This document shows, piece by piece, positions 51,697-62,182 of a stretch of 64,000 nt of DNA; position 1 is the first letter of the stretch; every line of letters begins with the position of its first letter. This DNA is from Diplonema japonicum. Taxonomy: Eukaryota > Protista > Euglenozoa: Diplonemea. Made by a program: the position numbers and the translations under genes. Under the pieces are notes generated by a model. The model worked only from the letters and a program-made list of their open reading frames with translations. It was not told the origin of the DNA and did not search any database. Location: the NCBI GenBank assembly GCA_964019335.1, contig OZ025723.1, positions 372,001 through 436,000 of the forward strand. Reading direction: 5' to 3'.

Positions 51697-54222
51697 ATGG
51701 TAGCTAAGGAACTTGGATTTCGAAGAGCCATGGGGAAGTACAAGGAGTTCGAGCTCCCTGTGCTTTCCCCTGCGCCTCCTGAGACGCCTAATAAGAAGCC
51801 GATGATGCGGAAAAGCTGCAGTGTGCGGTCGAAGCAGTACATGCAGTACGAAGCAAAGAAGGGAGGGAGCGTTACGCACGAGAACAATTGGGCGTCTGTA
51901 GTCGAGGAAGCCACATCGCCTAAGTGCGACAAAAGATTTCTAAACAAGATCATGTTGAAGCCCGCGCTGCTGGACTACGAGCCTAGCGGAGACGAGACAT
52001 ACTGCAGACTAGGTGTCATGAAAGGGCAGGCCGTCAGCGACAGCGACAGCAGCGAGGACCCGATAAAGGTTGTGATGCGATCACTGCACATTGAAGAGAG
52101 CAGCGACTCATCTGTCACCTCGTCATGTCTGTCATCGTCGTTCGCTTCTGAAAAGGTTGCAAAGCTGAGCGAGCTGTACTGCGATCACCAGCTGCTGAGC
52201 ACCACAGCAGGGAATTACGCCAAGCTTGTCTCAATGTTTGCAGGTGACACAATCAAGGATGAGTGGTGCGAGGGCAGCGCGAACGAGGAAAGCCCCAACG
52301 AGGACACAGCGACACAGGAAGACTCCATGACCGACAGCTGGAGCCTCGTGAAGCCACCTCAATGGAACGCAACTCCGAGTTACTGCCACAGTGCACCCCG
52401 GAAGTCCCAGGCAAACTATGAAAGAAGTTCCCGCGTGTCCTGGAGTCCTGACCTCGGTGTCCCGTGTATGTCAACGACTTTGTTCACAGTGGTAGCGGAC
52501 CTCGGCACCACGGGCATAGCGGAGGTATCAGAAGAACCGGAAGCAGTGGGCGGATATGGGCAGCTGCAGATAAAGAGAGCGATGAAGCATGCTGAAGGGG
52601 TCACAGAGACCGACGAATTGCGCAAAAGTGTTTCATCTGTAATGATCAGGCAGGCAAATGAAAGTGCAATGGAAGAGATTATGAATATGCAAAGCCAAAG
52701 AGAGCAGCAGCTTGAGCACCTAGAAACGGCAAGGGTGGCGGTGACAGGCAGCACTGCGGATGAGAACGTGAGTAGCGTGTGCACCCTCTTAGGAAGCAGT
52801 CGGGCCGCAAAGCTGCGCACCCCGTCCCCTAATGACAAAGCAACAAATTTGATTCAAAACAAATGGGAGGGGAAGCCGAGGCGCGGACGCTTGGGAGGCA
52901 AAGTAAAAACTAACAGCGGAAGTGAGCCAACAAGCAAGAAGACTAGCCTTGCTACTGCAGTAGCAGTAAAGAGAACTGTTCAAATTTTGAGAAGAAGTAG
53001 ATCTAGCAAGGGAAGAAGCTCCGACGATATGGAGGAAAAGATCACACAGAATATGAGGAAATTAACAGATAAGCCTGGGGAACTGACGGCATGTGCAAGG
53101 TGCAAACAGCAAGCCAAAATCGTTAGAAATCTAGAAACGGGACTCAAAGAAATGTTCAACTTTAAGAAAGATTCAGCGAGAAAGCTCATGCTGCTGGAGC
53201 AACAGTACAGAAAGGTAACTGAGGACGTTTGCAACCAGCGTGCTGCGTTGGCACAGGCACGGGAGTCCCATAAGAGCTTCATGAACGAAGTCAAGAATGA
53301 AAAGAAAGAACTGCAAAAAGCGCTAAAGAGCGAGCGGGAGACTATCAAAGAGCTGAACGAGAAGCTAGAGGAGAGGGGTTTTGAGAACGATGTGCTGCTT
53401 GAAGAGATTGTAAAACTGACAAAAGAGTCACAGGGCAGGAGGGCAGTAGGAGATATGAAGGATCTGAGATCGCTGTCCCAGAAGATCTTGCAGCAGGAGA
53501 GAAAGTACGCAAAGCTGAAAACCAGGACAACAGCACATACACTGGTGATGCAGCGATGCGAGGAACTATTGATGCTGTCTAATGCAGAAGAAGGACACCG
53601 CAACCCTCCTTTAGACATAGAAATGGTGGTTGACAAGTTCTTCCTTACCATGGGGGAGAAGATAAGGGATAAGAAGTCGTCCGATGAACATGTGTTGCTA
53701 AAGCGAGACGTGACGGGCTTTTTTCGAGACGGCTTAAAGCATGTGCTTCACTGCACAGATGCTTCGCAGCGGACAGCACATGAGCTCGTGCAGCACTTCA
53801 CTACGATGTGCAGCGCCGTCTTCTCGGTGGTCGGTCCGCTCGTGACCTCTTGCAACGCGGTGACGTCACACTTCTACAAACTGCACAAAGCCTTTCAGAA
53901 CCTTATTTGGCGGGCCACAGGCATCACCGCTAAGCAGGTCCAGACAGACGACACAGCTGCCATCCTTGCCGCCGACCTTATCGCCGTTGCCACCATCACT
54001 ATCCAACCGCCGCCTGCCAAAGCCAAGCTAATCACAAACGTCAGAAAGCTACGGCAATCTAAAAATTCTTTGAAAGGAACAGAAAAAGTGGCAAGAAAGA
54101 GCTCCGAAAACACAAGCACCGTCCTCATGACATCTTCACTCGAGGAAGAAGAGAAGAAGTCAAATCCGTACGTTGACAAACTCCTGAGCAGAATTAGAAA
54201 CAAAAACGGAAACAAACCCTAG
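51697..54222 (+). CDS. hypothetical protein with a Ser-rich N-terminus and a coiled coil (841 aa)
   Basis: Long ORF with a central heptad region. Confidence 0.8.
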   Translation: MVAKELGFRRAMGKYKEFELPVLSPAPPETPNKKPMMRKSCSVRSKQYMQYEAKKGGSVTHENNWASVVEEATSPKCDKRFLNKIMLKPALLDYEPSGDETYCRLGVMKGQAVSDSDSSEDPIKVVMRSLHIEESSDSSVTSSCLSSSFASEKVAKLSELYCDHQLLSTTAGNYAKLVSMFAGDTIKDEWCEGSANEESPNEDTATQEDSMTDSWSLVKPPQWNATPSYCHSAPRKSQANYERSSRVSWSPDLGVPCMSTTLFTVVADLGTTGIAEVSEEPEAVGGYGQLQIKRAMKHAEGVTETDELRKSVSSVMIRQANESAMEEIMNMQSQREQQLEHLETARVAVTGSTADENVSSVCTLLGSSRAAKLRTPSPNDKATNLIQNKWEGKPRRGRLGGKVKTNSGSEPTSKKTSLATAVAVKRTVQILRRSRSSKGRSSDDMEEKITQNMRKLTDKPGELTACARCKQQAKIVRNLETGLKEMFNFKKDSARKLMLLEQQYRKVTEDVCNQRAALAQARESHKSFMNEVKNEKKELQKALKSERETIKELNEKLEERGFENDVLLEEIVKLTKESQGRRAVGDMKDLRSLSQKILQQERKYAKLKTRTTAHTLVMQRCEELLMLSNAEEGHRNPPLDIEMVVDKFFLTMGEKIRDKKSSDEHVLLKRDVTGFFRDGLKHVLHCTDASQRTAHELVQHFTTMCSAVFSVVGPLVTSCNAVTSHFYKLHKAFQNLIWRATGITAKQVQTDDTAAILAADLIAVATITIQPPPAKAKLITNVRKLRQSKNSLKGTEKVARKSSENTSTVLMTSSLEEEEKKSNPYVDKLLSRIRNKNGNKP

Positions 54223-54336
54223 AATGAAGAGAAGAAAAAGAAAATGCCAATTCTTTTAACAAAGATGTTTAGGGCAGTTACTCATTTTCCCCCTCTGTCC
54301 CCCATCTTTGAAGGCACGCAGAGTTGTTATCGATAG

Positions 54337-55014
54337 ATGAGACTGTTGAGTCCTGCGCGTGATGCGTCAAAAAAGACGGTGGTGTTGGACATGGACGAAA
54401 CACTGCTGCACTCAGTGAAGGTGGCTGACAGGAGCAAGGGTGACATAATTCGGAGAAAGAGGATTGGTGACATGATAGAAGTTGTATGGCCGGATGGGTT
54501 TGCTCTGAATGTGTATTTGAGGCCTGGAGTTGATGAGCTACTGCGAGAGCTGTCGAGCTTGTTTGAGGTTGTGCTATGGACTGCTGGCACAGCCCCGTAC
54601 GCACAAGAAATCGTGAATGTGTTGGACTCCGAGGGGACCATCTTCAGCTCGGTTATCGCAAGGGACAGGAGGTGGTTCAAGCCTGCGAGCGACGGGTTTG
54701 GGTACGCCAAGGACCTCAAAGCATTGGGGCGTCCGATGGACAAAATACTCATAGTCGAAAACAACCTGTCTGTCTGCAGGTACAACTACTCCCGCACCAT
54801 TCTGGTACCCGATTGGGACACATCGTCCTTCTCCAAGAAAGACCAAGACACCTCCCTCTCCACAGTCCTACAGGCACTCAAGGAATGGTCAGACAGCGAC
54901 ACTTCCGCGTCAGAATTCCTCGAATCGTGCAACGTCCTCCACCGTCACAACGCACCTGACAAGAGGTCCTTCTTCCACGCCACGTTCCCTTACAAGACTG
55001 TGAGCAAGCTGTGA
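54337..55014 (+). CDS. NIF/SCP-type (CTD small phosphatase-like) HAD phosphatase
   Basis: TVVLDMDETLLHS (DxDxT), VYLRPGVDELL, VLWTAG..YA, YAKDLKALGRPMDKILIVEN. Confidence 0.9.
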   Translation: MRLLSPARDASKKTVVLDMDETLLHSVKVADRSKGDIIRRKRIGDMIEVVWPDGFALNVYLRPGVDELLRELSSLFEVVLWTAGTAPYAQEIVNVLDSEGTIFSSVIARDRRWFKPASDGFGYAKDLKALGRPMDKILIVENNLSVCRYNYSRTILVPDWDTSSFSKKDQDTSLSTVLQALKEWSDSDTSASEFLESCNVLHRHNAPDKRSFFHATFPYKTVSKL

Positions 55015-55111
55015 TTTTCTTTTTTGCGGCCTTTAATTGTGTAGTAACAAATCTGATTTTTTTTTTTCCTCGTTCCATTTCTTCGGGTTGGTCCCTTTCT
55101 TAGTTGAAATA

Positions 55112-55143
<32 letters not shown>

Positions 55144-55310
55144 GGAAAAAAGAAAGAATACAGAGGAAAGCATCGATATTTTCCATCTACCTTTTTATGT
55201 TCATCACTCTAGGGTCCGCACAAGAGATCCTGTGGCATGATCACGTTGTTTCTCAATATTACTAGTTGGCGTGGTGCTTTTTCTTGTAGGTGTACTGCTC
55301 AGGTACAAAT

Positions 55311-58302
55311 ATGGACAAAGAAGTTAAGCTTGTGAACAGGCAGTTCGACAGGTTGTGCTGGAGCAGCCCCTTGATGCTGACGGATGTCGGAGGCAACGAG
55401 AAAATGGTGCACACATCGACGGACATGAAGCAGGGCATGGTGTATCGCACAGTTCGGGGGTGCACAGTGAAGCGGCAGGACGGTGTGGTCGTTGTAGGCG
55501 GTGCTGCACGGCAAGGTGGGGAAATACGCAGCATTTTCGAAGCACGAACCGAGCTTCCCGAAAGCCTGCGGAAAGCGTTGCACTCCTTCCAAAGTAGAGG
55601 GAAATGCCGCAGACGCCTCGGGCGCAGAACAGATCCTCCTGTTGTGGTAGTTTCTTGCAACGACTTCAGTACAGATGACGAGACTGCTACATTGAACAGC
55701 ACACGGTCGGTGCGGTCTTTGAAGCAGATCAAGCAAGCTCAAACACCCATCACATCGCCGCCAAAGCAGGCTTCCGAGATGGTTGTCATCATGCAGCGGC
55801 AGCAAGAGCTCCTCCGCAAGATCAAGAGCAGCAGCAACGCTGATGGTATAGACGATTCCATCCAGACAGGAGACAAGCTCCTCTCGTACTACACACAGCG
55901 CGCGGCTTCAGAGGCCAGCAACGACCTATCGCCGCGACTGCGTGCAGGCTTACCCCTGAGTCCCGCACGAGATAGCACGTTGGGAGGAATTGGGTCGCCA
56001 GTCGCATTCATTGGGAACTGCGAGCCGACACAGACAGCTGATGGCACACAAGAAGAGAAGTCCTCACATATCCCGAGCTCGTCCGTAAATTACCATCTTG
56101 TGACAGGTACTCCTGTGCTCTTTAATTGCACAAGTGCCACGCCCGGTGGACCCGAACAGTTAATCGCGAGTCCATCAGCTAATGGTGCAGTACTTACAGG
56201 AGCGGTGAACGATTCACGTGCTTCTGCAGGTCCCTCTGGCATGCAGAAAGGCGTGATGATGCCGTCTCATCATGTCTCTCCAAGCAACGTGGGACAGATA
56301 CTACCTTATTCTCTGGAACAAGAAGGGCAAACCGATGGACTGATCCAACGACCCCCGGGGGGACCATCTACACATCAAGCACTTATTCCATCCCCGGCCC
56401 TACAAGGAAGCGTACCTTCCTCCCCACCGCCACCAAAGGGGACTCCGGCATCTGAAGTGATTCCCGAAATGAAAACGTCAGGATCGCCGCTCCCACCCCA
56501 AAGCAAGGGGCCTCCTCCTCCCCCGTCTGCACCATCTGGGGGAAACGAAATACCACCCCCCGGGATGCCGCCGCTCCCACCCCAAAGCAAGGGGCCTCCT
56601 CCTCCTCCTCCTCCGCCTGCACCATCTGGGAGCAAAATACCACCGCCACCGTCTGGGGGAGCACCTCCACCACCTGCAGGGAAGGGGATCCCGCCTCCTC
56701 CAGGAAGCAAGGGTGCACCCCCCCCGCCACCGCCGGTTCGCAAAGGTCCCAGGATGAGAACAGTCTCGTGGAACAAGCTCACGGCACACCAAGTCGAGCG
56801 CTCGATGTGGTGCAACGTTGGGAAGGGCGAGCTGGAGAGCAGCGTTGAAACTAAACTGCGCGAGTCCTTTACAATAAATACAAAAGGCAAGAAGGTTGTG
56901 AAGAAGGAAGTAGTACAAAAGAGGGTGCTAGAAAGCAACAGGCAGCAGCAATTGGGAATTGTACTTTCTGTAGTGAAGGTCGCGCCGATGGCCCTTGTGG
57001 CCGCCATGCAGGAGCTGGACGACGACACGCTGTGCTGCGAGAGTCTTGCAAAGATAGCAACCGTCCTACCTTCTGCAGAAGAGGAGAAGAAGTTTCAAAG
57101 GATTAATGAGGCAGAGATAGGTGAATACTTGCCTGTGGAACAGTTTTGCTGGAATGTGCTTCGTATCGGCAATGCAAAGGCACGTTTACAGTGCTGGCTG
57201 TACTCAAGCAGACACAAGGCACTAGTCAAAGAACTGAAAAGCCTTCATGTAATGTCACTCGATGCCTGCGAGGCAGCACTGAGGAATAAAGGGCTGCAAA
57301 CTATACTGTTGACAGTGTTAGCAATGGGGAACGTATTGAACAACAACTCAGCACAGGTACACTCACCGCCCTTCACACACACCACAGGGGTCCGCATGTG
57401 GTTTCCGTTTAGGTAATTTATCTGAAACACTGAATTCGGTGAAGAGCACTGATGGCAGGACCACTTTGTTCAAGTTGCTTGTGGAGGTAGTGTGGTATCT
57501 GCACTTATTAACATCACACAGCATTTGCATGACAACGAGCAGCTAGCGGGCCTTTCCGCCTCGTTGATACCGCAGCTGGACCCAGCGACGCAGCACAGCT
57601 TACCGGAGTTCGTAGCAATGGGGAACGAGATCAAAGAAGGAGTGGGGGCCATTACAAACATGCTTGGAAAAGGTGACAGAGCCTTTGACGAGAGGTTGAC
57701 GCCCTTTGCAGAGAGCGCTGCGGAAGATGTGGCGATGATAGAAACAATGCAAAGCAAGCTGTCCGCAAAGCTAACTGAAGTAGCAGAGTGGTATGTGTAG
57801 TGTTGCATTCCATGTCAGCAGGTTTGGCGAGAGTCCGAAAGACTTCGATGACACAGGTTTTATGAAGAATGTTGTTCTGTTCTTGAGGTCCTTCGACACC
57901 CACGTCGCGGAGTACAAAGCCTGCAAAGCAAGGGCGCTAAAAAAAATGCTGCACACGTACAGTGCAGCTGCTCTGGTGGTTGCATGCATAAGCACTGGGG
58001 CGCACGAGAATGCGTACCCGTGTTGCAGCACAGCCAGCTCTGTGTCGCTGTACGACAACGTGGTGTCGAAGGACGTCCACAAGGAGGTGAACATGCTGGA
58101 GAGTGAGTTGGCTCGCTTGAGGTACATGAGGAAAAACATCGAAGGCATGTCATTGGCATCTGACAGCCCTCTTGAAGGGGACGAGAGAGAAGAAGAAGCC
58201 CACCTCCAAAGCATGAAGGACCAGACTGTGGCATATCTGTGCGACGAGTGGCTTAAGTCCGTCTCGACGGAAGACCTAGAAACCATCTCACTTCCGTGCT
58301 GA
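55311..58302 (+). CDS. formin (FH1 + FH2), 4 exons, 964 aa
   Basis: Poly-Pro FH1, MRTVSWNKL, LAMGNVLN. Introns 57357-57387, 57487-57521, 57791-57821 restore G.A.GFRL..L..VKSTDGRTTL and WFGESP. Confidence 0.88.
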
Positions 58303-58379
58303 TTTTCTTACACGCCTTTCGATAAGTTAGATGAGTAGAGTTTTCATTATTCCCCCTCCTTCACAAAAGCTCACACAGG

Positions 58380-60506
58380 ATGGGTATGACAGCCACTCGA
58401 CCTGCAAGTGGTGTGTCGAATCACAAGGCAGTGGCAATATGTACTCTGCTGAGCAGTGCCCTGACTGCTGGATTGAGTGGCGCCATAGTCTACAAAGCAT
58501 CAGCCGATGAGATAGTTATCGCACTGGCTGTCCTGCAGCTCGTTGTCACCGCGGCTTTCACGGTAATCCCTGCGATGTACATTTTGTCGCAGTTTAAGGC
58601 CTCTTTGGTAGGTTTTAATGAGACGTGGCAGCTCGTTAGCGCACTGCAGATACGCGACGCAAGTGATTCGTGGAACAGCTTCATCACCAGGAACCCCCCT
58701 CCGGAAGAACTCGATATGTCAGCCAAAGCGATGAAGGAGGCACTCTTTGCACTTCTAAGAATCGCTAGGCACATACCACGGGCAGCGATTGAAGAACAGG
58801 GCGTTGCATCAGAGTACTCTGACGGAGGGATAGAGAAGCAGCCCAGCAGCACCCAGTTCGTCGACCTCGGGGACTACCCATACTCACCCCATGCTGTCCC
58901 GCAAGTGCAGCCTGACTGGGATGGCGACGCACACACGCAAATCTCCAGGACGGTTTCACACCACACACTCCACCATGTCCTCTCCCAGGGTGCCCTCTTG
59001 GCCTCGACTCAGGAAGATTCCGAAGAAGTGTGTGACGAAGAATCTGAAGAAGATGCAGGAACAGACGAAGAAGGGGGGAGCCACAGTAGTTCCTCGGGAA
59101 TGTCGGGCAGAAAGCCCAGCCAAACAAAGTCGCACAAATCAGCCTCAACACCTACCGCCGAAGACACCGCACAGAGCCCCCCCTCGTCGATGAGGGGCCT
59201 CACCACAGTCATCGCAGCGAAGAATGTCTTCCTGCGTGCCGGTAAAATACCGTGCTCCGAGCTCACGGCAAGACGTGTTACGACAGAGGTCATTTTAAAC
59301 ACGAAAGGCTTCAATGAGTTCTCCAGAAGCTACGAGCTGGAAACAGTCATGAAATTCCACAGCAGATGGCTTGAGGCGTGTATCACGGACGCCAAGAAAG
59401 ACTTTGCCTTTGTGGAACGATTCATCGGTGACGAGGTGCAGGTGAACTTCGGCGGCTTTGTCCAATGTAGCGTGCCCGGACAAAAGGCAGGGAGATATCT
59501 GCTGAAGGTTCGCGAGCGACTCGAGCAGCTTCACCAGTCAGGGGATGCCGATCTAGGAGGCGATAACATGCCTGCCACGTATATGGGGGCTGCGCAAGGC
59601 CCAGCCATTTGTGGCAATCTAGGTTGGGAGAACGTGAAAGGCACTGCCGTGTTGGGGAGGATTGTCGGGGGAGCAAAAGCGTTGCAAGCCGTGGCAAGAG
59701 ATACGGGGTTTGACATCATCGTGGACAGGAGGATCTCAGATGAGTGCCAAGGTCATATCTCGTCAGTCCCTGTTGATGTCATCCAGGTGGGTGTCGACGG
59801 TACCCCGCAGGAGGTGTGCTACCTCATTGGAAGAGTGGGCGCCGAGCAGAACGAGTGGCTCTACAGCATCACGACGGATGTGAACTACGACAGGGCATGG
59901 AAGATCCTTAGAAACGGTGACGTGGCTTATGCTGCGGAGCTGCTTACTCAGTATGTGCAACAGTCGCGGAACCACACTGCTGCTTTGGTGTGCGCCAGGA
60001 TACAGCGGTTTGTCGCAGAAGTGAAACGGGCGACAGGGGAACCCCCGAAGGAGTACTGCAGGACGGTTCGGATGATGACCTTCACACCGCGGCCACTCTT
60101 GTCAAGAATACCAAGAGCTAGCATAGCAAACACACAGATAGTGCTCCCGATACCAAGGGGTGGCACGCCGAACGCCCCCAACCCTGCCTTCCACGCGAAT
60201 CGAAGAAGGAAAGCATCTATCACATCCCCGCCAAATCTCGTCTCCCCACGCGCGCAGTTCGCGTCCTCGAAGACTGCCAGCAAAGGCTCCCTTGATGCTA
60301 GTTCCCCAACTGCGCTCACGTCAAATCCTTCACCCGTATTGCAGTACCGTCTGGCTGCGTATCGATTGGGCAGCTCGCCAACTAGTAACCCTTTAGGTAT
60401 GTGTCGTGTGGAGAGTGCGAAAACAAAGAACCTACATACAGATAAATCGGAAAGCTCCTGCGTGGAGACCGCTGCGGTTGACAAGGATGAGGTGCTCACT
60501 CCATAA
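58380..60506 (+). CDS. class III nucleotide cyclase-like protein with two N-terminal TM helices, degenerate active site
   Basis: Two hydrophobic segments; VERFIGDEVQVNF, GPAICGNLG, TAVLG. Confidence 0.8.
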   Translation: MGMTATRPASGVSNHKAVAICTLLSSALTAGLSGAIVYKASADEIVIALAVLQLVVTAAFTVIPAMYILSQFKASLVGFNETWQLVSALQIRDASDSWNSFITRNPPPEELDMSAKAMKEALFALLRIARHIPRAAIEEQGVASEYSDGGIEKQPSSTQFVDLGDYPYSPHAVPQVQPDWDGDAHTQISRTVSHHTLHHVLSQGALLASTQEDSEEVCDEESEEDAGTDEEGGSHSSSSGMSGRKPSQTKSHKSASTPTAEDTAQSPPSSMRGLTTVIAAKNVFLRAGKIPCSELTARRVTTEVILNTKGFNEFSRSYELETVMKFHSRWLEACITDAKKDFAFVERFIGDEVQVNFGGFVQCSVPGQKAGRYLLKVRERLEQLHQSGDADLGGDNMPATYMGAAQGPAICGNLGWENVKGTAVLGRIVGGAKALQAVARDTGFDIIVDRRISDECQGHISSVPVDVIQVGVDGTPQEVCYLIGRVGAEQNEWLYSITTDVNYDRAWKILRNGDVAYAAELLTQYVQQSRNHTAALVCARIQRFVAEVKRATGEPPKEYCRTVRMMTFTPRPLLSRIPRASIANTQIVLPIPRGGTPNAPNPAFHANRRRKASITSPPNLVSPRAQFASSKTASKGSLDASSPTALTSNPSPVLQYRLAAYRLGSSPTSNPLGMCRVESAKTKNLHTDKSESSCVETAAVDKDEVLTP

Positions 60507-62182
60507 TACAAGGCTTGAGGCACAAAGAGGAAAAAAAGAAAAGATAGTACACAGGGGGTGTTATCTCCGTTCTGGTTCGTTTTAGTTCCCCCTTTCACTT
60601 CTGTTCATCAGGTTGCTGTTTAAAAGAAACGGTCAAGCCGTCGGCAACCAGTTATTTAGAAATAAGAAAAGAAGAAGAAAAAAAAAAGGAAAAGAGCCAG
60701 CATGATTTCTTGTTGTTTTTATCAAGATAAAGTTGGTACTCCTCACGACTTGACCCTTTAACTAGGACGAACTGCCATCACCCCCCAGATGTAGACCAAG
60801 CAGTGAATGTGTGTAAACTACCTAAAAATCTATTGATCTTTTTTTCGTCCCGATAAACTCAGCTCCCTGTGGGGCTATTCAAGTTATATATCCCTTGGTC
60901 GTTCTGTGCTAAAAAGAAAACAGCAACACAATTAACAAAAGTAAAAAAAAGAAATAAGAAAAAAGAAAAAGGAAAAGAAATGATAAGATCAATCTAATAA
61001 ATAGAAGAAAGAAAATAAGGGTTTAGAGAGTATCTTTTGGTGTGCCAAAGAACAGCGAAAGAGGGAGGGTAAAGGAAAAAAACATAATTTTTTCCTCTTT
61101 CTCTCTTTTTTTTTTATAGGTGGTGGGGATAACATGGAAATATAAGAAGTACATCAGATGTGTCGTTCGCTGTTGACCTCCTCGTCGGTCATCACCGGTA
61201 GCGCCCGAGTGGAAGAACGTAACGCAGATGCTCAGGGTGACGAACAGGCAGCAAACTGCACGAGCGCAGAATCTTGGTTACCCGGGACGCCCCGGCTAGG
61301 GTTGAGCACACCGCACGCATTAAGGACACGACGCGGAACGCAGAGAAGCTACTGCTCGGTCGAGGAACGCCCCCTGTAATCAAGTAGGTAGTTCGTGCTT
61401 CATTGCACGCTTAACGCCACCTAGTGTTGCAATCAAAGCCCCATTTTTTTTTTCTTTCTCTCAGATATTTGAGCTTCAAGGAGCAGTTAGAAAAGAAGAA
61501 ACAAAAAAAAAAAGACCAACAAAAAAAAAAAAAGAAAGAAAAAGAAAATCGCTATCCTCTTCCCATTCATTTCATTATTTTTTAACCCTCAAAATAATTT
61601 GAAGGGAAATGTATTCAAATGTTGCAGGTCTAATTTCCGACAGTGGTTGTTGTGCTTAGACTCTTTACATCTTCATTTTCCTTTTTCATAGTTTTGATTA
61701 TGTTTCAAGGCGTGCCGCCTTCCCCCGTAAATACAATTGTGGCCCAGAGTGGCCACAGGAGTGCTTCGGTTGCTTGCTTTCTTCCCCGCTTCGAAAGGCT
61801 GTTGTGCGTGGTCCCATGCCCCCCGTGCCCTCTCCCTGCAAGGTTGCGGTTAATCGGTTCTGTTTTTTACCTATAAGAAATCTATTGATGAAAGTGCCCC
61901 TCCCCGCCCCTTCCTAGCTCCTTCAAAGAGCTACATATGTTATGTCATATCCGGTACCAACTTGCTGTCAATAGCCACCCCACCTTTTCCTGCAGTAGTT
62001 TCCCCACTCCTTTCAAGAGCCTTCGTTTGTTATTGTTTACTATGACTATTCTTTGGGTGCACCACCCCTTTTCCCCCCCTTTTCCTCTTTGTTGATTTGT
62101 CGCAGCTCAGTTAAGTGTTTTTTTTTTTGTCTCAATTCTTTTTCGTTTCCGGAGAATCATTACCCACTACCCACACCTAGGC

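Noticed and set aside
56480-56740. Direct repeats (ccgctcccaccccaaagcaaggggcctcctcct x2)
   Set aside because: Ordinary duplication within the formin FH1 poly-proline region, not CRISPR or a mobile element.
58297-58340. Formin ends Cys-TGA, suggesting Sec readthrough
   Set aside because: No SECIS recognisable, and no redox context for a formin tail.
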